Shown piece after piece: positions 51,101 through 64,000 of a stretch of DNA of 64,000 nucleotides. A model generated the notes under the pieces. The model saw only the letters and a list, made by a program, of their open reading frames with translations, had not been told where the DNA came from and made no database searches. The stretch is from Phoronis australis (lineage: Eukaryota > Animalia > Phoronida). The position numbers and the translations under genes were made by a program. How positions within the stretch are numbered: position 1 is the first letter of the stretch; every line of letters begins with the position of its first letter. The DNA lies in NCBI GenBank assembly GCA_002633005.1, contig NMRA01000325.1:165290-229289 (forward strand). The letters are read 5' to 3'.

Positions 51101-53708
51101 AAAAATATGTATTAATTGTGTTTTTCTACATTTAACTCCTGTCTCCTTCTCGTACATGTTAGCAGTGTATTATTTACGTCCACAGCTGTTCAAGAATGTG
51201 TTCAGCCCTGAGATTGGCCACACTCTAGCATTTATTGGCTTTGTCCAGCCAGCGTCCGGTGGGGTTCTGACCATGTCTGAAACACAGTCAAGGTGGTTTG
51301 CTCAGCTGTGTAAGAATAATATAAAACTTCCCAACAAAGAGAAGATGAAGCTAGATATCACTAAAACACACGTGAGTCGGTAGCAGATAATATTGTTTTA
51401 ATTAAAACATATAAAGACTGAGTTCTTAGTGTCTATTACTACTGTGTGTTACAAATGTGGGAGGGTCGCCACAGAAACCATTTTCCCATCACATTCAACT
51501 CTGTTGCAGTGATGCAAGTTGTTATGAAAATCTGATGTCATCTGTTTTTATGTTCAGTAATTTTATATCACAATGTTGCGTTATTCAGTGCTATTATGTA
51601 AGGATGAAAGATGAACAGATCAAGTTAACAGGGTTTACGCAAACTGCCACAAGCCTCATAATTGCAGCTGCTTGTTCATACCTTCAAAGCACTTTCTGTT
51701 GGGGCAGTTTGTTCTTTGATAGTCCCTGTGTACAACATTCTGCATATTCTCACAGTTTACGTTGTAAAATTTTGGATCTGCCCACACTTTAATATTTGAC
51801 TCCAAATATAATTGAGAAAAACTAAATCTGTTTAGAAATTGGAAATTTTGCTTAACTTTCAGGCTGCTCAAAGAGAACGTTACTATGCATCAGCTCGGCA
51901 CACAATTCAAGAGGACCCTATCAAGTATAATGACATTATAGCTTCATACTTTGGAGCCAAGCCTCAAATATGGAAGCATCCCCGTCTAGCATGGCAGTAA
52001 GTTGTGTTTTTAAATAATTATGTAAATTTTGAGTTGATGGGTGGGGTGCCCACTGCTAAGACTGATTGGATGTCTGTGTTTGACCACTGGTCCCGATGAC
52101 TCAGTGGCTAGAGCGTCTGGACAGTTAGCAGAAGGTCCTGGGTTTGAGTCCTCATCGGGGGCAGAAATCTTTTCAGACTTATGTTCATTAGGTCACGTGG
52201 TGTGGCCAATAGGTGGCATGCAGACCACACTTAAAAATGTTTGTGAAGTTTGGTATTGTTTCAGTTGTTAACAGCTATGCATGGACTTGTCTTTCCACCT
52301 TTTGCCTTTCTTTTCTTCTTTCAGTTTACTCACTCATTTTACCAACTCACTATATTTTTTCAAGAACAAAATTGTATTAGATTTTCATGTGAACATCTGG
52401 TTTGAAACTCTGGATATTAAATTGGTGAGTCTTAGGCTGTATGCGCTTAACCCAGAGATGGGTGCTTGTATCGGATATGTCAAGAAATTGAAAGTGGTTG
52501 CTTAACCCATGGCAGAAAGTGACCCTGGTCTACTGTGACCATCAAAATTGAAGTCCACAGACCTGAAGCTTACAGAATTTTTCGCTAGGCTAATTGTCGA
52601 CACGAAAGTTTAACTGTTATTTTCTAACCACACAAGTATTCAAGTAGATACTGGTTGAACAAATACTCATCAAAATTCTGGGACCGACCTTGCCATATGT
52701 ATTCAAAGTGGTTAAAGATGACAAGTTAGTTAAATCTCAGCGCAAACTCCTTCCTTGTCGTTCTCCATTAAAATTTTGCTACTCGAAGGATTGAAAAATT
52801 CCGCAAGGCTTTGTATGCCCTGGGCATATGATGTGCGACAATTATTTTGTGCAAATTTCACAAGCAAAATTTGTTCCTTATGTTGGTTAAATGTTAGTTT
52901 TGCACAAAATTAAAAGCCTCAAAATAATTTGACTCTGCTGGGATTTCCATTTTCGGGTGATTTGCGTTAGCTCCCTTAGTGCTGACTACATGGCATACTT
53001 GAAAAGAATAGATCAGCCACAAAATATTACAGCACTCCAACATTACTGTCGCTTTGGCTTCAGAGATAAAGGCTGGGATTTGGCTCTTAAAACTCCAAGA
53101 AAGAATGATTTTTTGAAAAATAAATTGTTGCGTAGCCTGAGAGGTTGTGGTTGACTGAGTTGGTGATTGTCAGTTTGAATAATGCTGCCATTTGTAATGC
53201 ACTGCAGAAAAAACGAACAGAATACGATGTTCCTGGCAATGACCTCGACTGTCGGTCATAACTACAATTTGACTTGAAATGGACCTGGTTTTCGCATTTA
53301 AAGGTGCTTCTTATTATTTTGAAAAAAAATTAATTCCTGAAGAAAATTACTGGTGGGCACTAGTCCAAGAAGTAGCCACTCAATTGAAAATTTTCAATAG
53401 TAGAGGGTGAATACCTAGCTGAGTGGGCTCTTATATGAGCATGAGTGTCAACCCAAATGTTGACAGGTTTTCTTGTGAATTGTTTTGTGTGCTTAGATAT
53501 TTGTTGCTGTAATTTTAGCTTACTGCTGAGTAGCTGTGGTGCTGCACAGTGGAGAATTCAGGGTCCGCATCAATGGAAAGGGGCTGTCAAAGAAGTCAAG
53601 AAAGTTCCCGTCACAGAATTCTTACACTACTCTGCTATAGTTGTCCTGATACTTGTTGGAGGTGCAACTCTTCTCTTAGGCATTCTGTTGCATAGAATCT
53701 TGTCATAG
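36192..53708 (+). CDS. FMO: Flavin-containing monooxygenase (dimethylaniline monooxygenase-like, class B), complete, 10 exons, 521 aa, C-terminal membrane anchor
   Basis: Exons 36192-36370, 41594-41763, 43241-43390, 46677-46803, 47318-47488, 48087-48195, 48668-48817, 51186-51371, 51863-51996 and 53519-53708 total 1566 nt in frame. Motifs: FAD site GGGISG, GGLW, INVSK..FSDFP, FMO signature FKGEIIHSVSYK, NADPH site GIGNSA, STRSGAWV, CTGY, LAFIGFVQP, RHTIQ and a hydrophobic C-terminus. Orthology to a specific vertebrate FMO cannot be assigned. Confidence 0.95.
36555..38663. mobile_element. Foldback MITE family X, interrupted by a Kolobok-type element
   Basis: Ends GTAGCTCCTATAGGAGCT and AGCTCCTACAGGAGCTAC; left arm 36555-36740 is the reverse complement of the right arm, which is split into 36850-36905 and 38526-38663. 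Confidence 0.7.
36906..38525 (+). mobile_element. Kolobok-type DNA transposon (non-autonomous), copy 1, with a decayed THAP domain
   Basis: TTAA|AGGAGAA...TTCTCCT|TTAA termini; frameshifted THAP at about 37077-37310: MPLYCSASF..PN..GISFFRLPREPEMLRKWFAVVK..HLRVCGRHFVDSDF. Confidence 0.8.
39007..40611 (-). mobile_element. Kolobok-type DNA transposon, copy 2, inverted relative to copy 1
   Basis: TTAA|AGGAGAATGCC...CATTCTCCT|TTAT; colinear reverse complement of 36906-38525; carries three copies of a 56-bp unit at 39394-39550. Confidence 0.8.
42679..43005 (-). mobile_element. Penelope-like element fragment (GIY-YIG endonuclease)
   Basis: KLSNLFNPKDKIPMGLLSKVVYKFICAACGPSSVGETVCHLKTWTREH fits the PLE pattern KD..P...VVY.F.C..C...Y(I/V)GET.R.L..R..EH, in decayed form. 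Confidence 0.75.
43950..45213 (+). mobile_element. Helentron-associated (DINE-1/HINE-like) element with internal tandem repeats of about 143 bp
   Basis: 5' sub-TIR ATGCGCCCAC within a hairpin, GTCC/GTCT microsatellite, 3' sub-TIR GTGGGCGCAT followed by the stem-loop CAACGC-TCC-GCGTTG and CTCTT; inserted at TT with no longer TSD. Confidence 0.75.
48196..48667 (+). other. GC-AG intron in FMO (intron 6)
   Basis: AAG|GCAAGT donor gives a phase-0 join to the acceptor at 48666-48667 (MPNIK|KFDGNKV); the nearby GT at 48200 would shift the frame. Confidence 0.85.
48895..51040 (+). mobile_element. 5'-truncated decayed Tx1/L1-clade LINE (RT and C-terminal zinc finger)
   Basis: GCRQGDPISP, EILAQPIRNNKNVEGVKIG..LQYTDDTTLF (YADD-like), LTPLGKIAVIKTLALPK, EQGGLN and LWFNANIK; ends in AATAAA followed by an A-rich tail at about 51018-51040. 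Confidence 0.85.
49998..50305. mobile_element. Foldback MITE inserted in the LINE
   Basis: Arms of about 140 bp: ACAGGATTGATTGAATACGCGACACTTTTCATTGTTGACAGTC versus GACTGTCAACAATGAAAAGTGTCGTGTGTTCAATCAGTCTGT, with a short central loop. Confidence 0.8.
52089..52163 (+). pseudogene. tRNA-derived sequence (SINE head or tRNA pseudogene, Thr-AGT-like anticodon)
   Basis: GGTCCCG acceptor stem, A-box TGACTCAGTGG, anticodon arm TCTGG-ACAGTTA-GCAGA with a mismatch, degenerate B-box GGTTTGAGTCC; followed by a tail repeated at 55370-55460 and 24660-24760. Confidence 0.6.
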
Positions 53709-56702
53709 ACAAGTGCGCTGTTGTTGACCATTGGAAATATAGAATTTCACAATCTTGATCAAGGCTTGTATTTGAAGTTTGGCTCCATGCACAGCTGACA
53801 GTTCAAGTCAACAAATTCCTGTTAGTTGAGATTGTGCAGAGAAATAGATTATGTGACTCACATCTCAAGTTAAGCTCAGTAAATTGATTTGTGCAATAAT
53901 TTTTATTTCGTGGTTTAAGAGGCAAGTGGTGTGAATGTTTTAACTGTTGTGTCGGTATGTGGTTTATATAAACATGACTATTATTGCTAGTATTGCCAGG
54001 ATGCTTTGCAAGTCAGCAGTTATTCCGTTCAGGTTAAGATACAACAACTGATTTTATCTCTGTTCAGGCAGATTTTACATATCATTTACCCTATACAGAT
54101 CTAAGTTGCACAAAATTTCAATCTAAACAAGTCATATCGGAGAAACATCTGAAATAAATGGACTTAGAGGTGGTATCATCAAAGGTTATTTGAAGCCTGT
54201 CTGTTGATGTTGAAATTATGAAGTCAATATGGATGCCATCTTAAAAGCTAACAGAGCAAGTGCAAATTGTTTTTTCTTTGTACTATTTTAAGTCTTAAAA
54301 GACTGCAGCGCACGCTTCTGCGTTGCCAGGCTACAGAGAAACTTTTGGAAAATTACTGCATATTTACTGTTTTGTGAATGACTTAGCACCTCCATAGGAC
54401 AAACTTTCCAATTGCACTTCAGTACTGGACTGAAGTCACTTCATTGGTATCTTTATGTAGTTGCATTTACTTCATATTTTTCATCTCTTCTTATTAAAAT
54501 TATGCGCATCACTCACTTAACTCATCGCTTTCGGGAGTGATAAAATCAATGACTTATGTGAAAGACAAATTTTGCAGAAGTTAACAAGACACACAGAAAG
54601 TGACGACTTTATGGAGACTTGACAAGTTCTGTGATGAGTTGTGTGGTGTAGGCTGTATCTTTATGTTCAGATGTAAACATTTCAAAATTGTTGAAATGGT
54701 TTGCTTCCAATCACGTTGTTACATTTTAGTTTTTTATGGAAATGTGATTATAAAAAGGTAGATAAATTGTGCAGTTTGCCTTTTTAGTTTGTTGACAAAG
54801 TCTGTGTTGTGAAAATACATTTATTTTAAGAATGTTAGAAAGTGCGTTACATTCAGTATAAACCTGTCATGTGACAAAATATTAATGCAACTAAAGCTAA
54901 GATCCATCTTATTTGTAAATCACACAGCAGCATAACAAGCAAGAATTTTCTATGAAGTTTGTCAACTGTGACGCGCTTGAAAAATGTCATGGTCATGCAT
55001 TCTGCTCTAATGCTTCAAAATCAATGTAGTCTGTCGCACAGTAAGCCATATGAATCTGCAGCTGTAAACTTCCTTAGTCGACAAAAATATATCATAAATT
55101 ACATATCATATTTTGGCAAGTTGTTGAAGTATGCATAACACAGCACTAATTACGTAAAGCAGAAATCACAAACTCAAATAGATCAAGAATACGGCAGTGA
55201 ATCTTGTGGTTGGAGCAAACAGTGAGATCCATTACCGTCCCTTACCATGCATAATTGTGAACACTAACTCGTGTTTACGAATATGTAAATCTTGATCTGA
55301 CATGGAAATGTAGATCGCAAGCATTTTTAACTCTGATCTGCACATCACCTGTTGGTCACATCCATCATGGTCGGGGCTGAAATCTTTTCAGACTTGCGTT
55401 CATTAGGTCAGGTGACGTGACCAATAGGTGGCATGCAGAACAGATTTAAAAATGCTTGGGACCAACTTGTGTTAGACAACCAAAATAAAACGTTCCACCT
55501 CGAAACGTAAACCAAAAGAAATGGTTTCCAAACTTAAGATGGTGTTAAAAACACTTGCTAAGCACATCATGTAGTTTCCACAAGAACAACTGAATGGTGG
55601 TAATTGAATAATCGTATCACAGAGTTGGCTGAATTAAAATACATTCAAAGCCAAACACGCAAACTGTGCTGAGTAGATTATACCTGAGCTGATTATCAGT
55701 CAACAGAAACTGCTATGTAAATGTTTATCACTATTACACTATGAATATACAGGGGAATTTAAAATGTTAGTAACTATGGTCTTAAATATGACAAATTTGT
55801 TGTGCAGCAAGAATGGAAGGCTTAAGCCTCTGACTAACATTTGAGCAGACCTACAAAATATTCCACTTTATAAAAGCTTCATAGTACAGATTACAACAAT
55901 CTATGTATCTAATAAACACACAAGTGCAAGATTAAAACTCTAAAATCTACAGTTATGTTCTATTAAAGTTATAATTTCAGAAATCTGAAAATACCACAAT
56001 TAACGAAAGAACATTAAAATACAATCTGACTGGAAAATAGAAAATAAATACTGACTATTTTTCAAAATGCCCCAGATGGATGTGAACAAATAAACGAGGA
56101 CAACTCAAAGTACAGAGTAAAAATAACTATGAAGACCACATCAACCGTAATCTATAATTGAAACCTTTCCAAAGATGCTTGTGGTATTAAACCCTGTATG
56201 AAGTTGACAAAGTAACAGTGGTGCTTGCTGCACCAATAAACAATCAAATCCCACTTAGGTGTGAGCCATTTCTTCATTAGGTGTTGAAAACCTTAAAATA
56301 TCTTTGTTACACGTGTTTCACGCTGGTGAAACTTCGATGAATCGAGAAATTGAAAGTGTTGAAAACGGGTAAAAGAAAGGCTGCATGTTCCAGGGCTTGG
56401 AATGACCAATGACAGAAAAAGAGGAAAATTATCCAGGTGATGTAACGTTCCATAAACAAACAGGCTTGTGTGATAGACATATTTTTTGTGTTGTAAAATT
56501 TAACTGAAATAAACGTTTTTGCATGAATAAAGTCAATATAATGATAACAAAGACACGAAAAAAGAGGAAACTGGAAATCAAATAAGAGGAAATTGAAACC
56601 AAAAAAGAGATAATCCTCTTAAAAGAGGAAAACTCGAAGCCCTGATGTTCCACTAATCAAAACAGTTGACCAGTTTCTACTAATTCCATTGGTATACAAT
56701 GT

Positions 56703-61349
<4,647 letters not shown>

Positions 61350-62099
61350 CTGTAAAAAAACAAAATTGCATGTTCGTCTTCATTGAGAGGAGGCCTCCTG
61401 GGATAAGTGTACACTTCTTTAATAACGGTTGTGAGAGTGCTCATCCCACTGGGGCACACTGCTAGACCCCTGAGTCAGGTCTCTAGGTCCTCAACTCCAT
61501 TTTAACAATCAATAAGGAATAAAAGGGGTTCCAGGTGATCAGTGCAATTAGTGAACCTGAGTGACCTGCAGACATCTGGTACAGTATATACTAGACAGCC
61601 TACAATTATTTTTAAAATCTGGTCTATTCACTACTTGCACACTTTGGTGGCACTGCAAAAGTGATTGTTGTGCATTGTGGCTTAGGACACAAAGCCTCGT
61701 TTTAGCATCAATTTTAACAACGCAAACGTGAAAGCGCGCCTGTTCTAAACATGCAGAACCATTTTAGTTTGAACACAACACCTTGTTTTCAAGCGTAATG
61801 GCGAATTCGTGCAAGTAGGGAATATTGCCATACACACACACATACACAAAATAAACACGAGCCATGTAGGGCAAATTGTTCAAAAGTTTTTTTATTCATT
61901 TTGAACAATTCACAATTCTTAAAACAATTGCGAGATCAAGGTCCTTGCTTTGACAAAAATACGATGTAATCATTTGCTACGAAATTATTTCATACAAGCC
62001 AACCAAGACACTGAAAAAAACTGAAGTGACTACAGTCAGTGAATTTGTCAAAAATGCTCAATAAAGTAGGTGACCAGACCTGTCATCAAACTTGCACTT

Positions 62100-62353
62100 C
62101 GAACAGATCCTCGTTCAGTTCCCAAAATTGGTAACTGGCCATTTTTACACTGCGCACGCCACGGGATATGTCATACCATTTTAAAAAAATTTGATAACGG
62201 GAGTATTTGTTCGAGTTGCAAGGAATTAAAGACATCGACGGCCTCCTAAGGTGTCCCTCTATACACATTTATAACGCGACTTTGATGCCTTAGTCAGTGT
62301 GAGGCATAATTTGATGAAAAGCCTCCGGCGTACAAAGATCCTATAGGAGCTAC
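62100..62353. mobile_element. Partial copy of MITE family X
   Basis: TTTGATAACGGGAGTATTTGTTCGAGTTGCAAGGAATTAAAGACATCGACGGCCTCCTAAGG..CCTATAGGAGCTAC. Confidence 0.7.
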
Positions 62354-63224
62354 ACCAGCTAAAGATGGGTCTATGTCAATTGAAGTCATTGACAGTGAGA
62401 AATGCCATTCCAAAGTTCCAAACTAGAGATTGCAAGACTGGGTTATTGTTTACAATCCGACTTTATCAACGTACATACTTGACACCACTATTTTCTTAAT
62501 CTTCTAGTCACGGTGATTCCAATAATGTATTACTTATACCGATTGGTCGCTTCTTAATAAATTTTGAGTTTTTTGAAAGCATTCATTTGCAATGCGCATT
62601 TAGTGAAGGAGCCATTTTTTTAATGTGACACCTTTCAGCAAGATTGATCATTAATGGTTAACTTAGAGTGAAGTTGGTTCGATGCAGAATCGGTTTCTGT
62701 GTTCACACATTTTAGCCTGCCAGTGATATTAGTTATGTTATTACCTAATTCCACTTGTTTGAAACAGTTTTTTCTCTGAGATGACACATGTCCACCATAA
62801 CACGAGCCGAAATCATGTCCCTGAGATGTCAAGTGTTTTCGAGGACGATATTTGTGCGTGAGAACATGCATACTCTTGTGTTTTCTAAAGAAGTTTTGAA
62901 AAGGCAATCCGGCTAAGTTATAAATGACTAGTATTACTGTTTTTTTTTTACTTTTCGTAATGTGCCACGCGGTATCTTCAATATACTAGCCAATTTTTGA
63001 GGTCTTCTGACACACTCGTGATCATTGTAGTTATCATTCCTACCGAGAGGTGTCGCAGTTTTATAATTGCAGTTACTTGAGACCGGCTGCCGCAAATCAC
63101 AGGCGTCCTCAGCTTCTGATCGTCCACAATACACTATGTAATACTACAAGGTATCACACTCCCAACAAGAAATGCCACGGGTGCTTCACTTCAGCCGTCC
63201 ATAGCAAACACAAAACAGAGGTTC

Positions 63225-63669
63225 AACAAACCACGAGGAATTGTTCTTTCTCCCAATACCATTTGCGGTGTTCTGTTTCACCCAGTTCGCAAGAAATTCG
63301 TGGTCAAAGCACAAAAATCTTCCCAAAAAGCCGTCCGGAGAAACTCCTCTGTAAATCGAAGATCAAAGACGATACGAAATTATCCGATGAGTTTCTGATG
63401 AACGGCAATTGCCGACTGTCACGATTGCGTAACTTTCCCTGACAAATCGGTAAATGCCGTTCATCCGTAAGTCATCGGATAATTCTGTAATAATCGTCCT
63501 TGGCCTTTGTCGCCCTTTGGCTTTGATTTACAAAGGAGTTTTTCTGGACGGGCTTTTTGGGAAGATTTTTGTGCTTTGACCGCAAATTTCTTGCGAACTG
63601 GGTGAAACAGGACACCGTAAATGGTATTACTATTGGGAGAAAGAACAATTCCTCATGCCATGGTTTGTT
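63225..63669. repeat. Imperfect palindrome of about 445 bp (foldback element)
   Basis: 63225-63420 is the reverse complement of 63441-63669 around a 20-nt loop. Confidence 0.85.
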
Positions 63670-64000
63670 CCACGACAACAGTTGGCCATGTTGACAAGTA
63701 TTGAGTGTTCTTGAACTTGAACAGCACCCAGACCCAGCTATCGTCTCTCGATATCGACAGAGGTCGCGTGCGGCAGATGGCCAGTGTAGCAGTGAGAGTG
63801 AGACAGGTCAAATAACATCTCACTAGTACACTACTCACTAGTGTCAGTAGTGACTAGGACTGTAGGACACACTACACTAACGTAACGATTGTCTGACTCA
63901 CCAACAACAAATGAGTAGTGCCATTGTAGATCAGCCACATCACCAGAAACCGGTCAGTTTTCGCCAACTGTTTTCTGGCGAGGAATGCTCCCACAAAAAC

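Noticed and set aside
51846-51862. U12-like branch sequence TTGCTTAAC before FMO exon 9
   Set aside because: The matching donor is ordinary GTGAGT and the branch is too close to the AG, so it is a U2 intron.
52089-52163. Functional tRNA-Thr gene
   Set aside because: Stem mismatches, TTT instead of TTC in the T-loop, a non-canonical anticodon loop and attachment to a repeated tail.

Overview
This is AT-rich, intron-rich animal genomic DNA, probably from an invertebrate; the species cannot be determined from the sequence. There is one N-gap at 59156-59622. Four spliced protein-coding genes can be rebuilt with consistent exon phases: (1) a 5'-partial C5orf34-like gene (+, 1050-8815) whose last intron looks like a minor-spliceosome (U12) intron; (2) a complete CAB39/MO25 gene (-, 26805-13115, 336 aa); (3) a complete flavin-containing monooxygenase (+, 36192-53708, 521 aa) with a GC-AG intron; (4) a 5'-partial EBPL gene (-, 61349-56703). 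Introns and intergenic DNA are crowded with transposon relics: Kolobok-type TTAA elements with a decayed THAP domain, nested in foldback MITEs; Harbinger- and hAT-like MITEs; Helentron/DINE-like elements, one with a phased array of CTCF-like motifs; Tx1/L1, RNase H-bearing LINE and Penelope fragments; a tRNA-derived repeat; and minisatellites. I see no clear new protein-coding system. The most unusual signals are structural: the nested inverted transposon stack in FMO intron 1, the CTCF-motif array, a minisatellite that copies a splice donor, and the non-canonical introns. All family assignments come from recognised motifs, not database searches.
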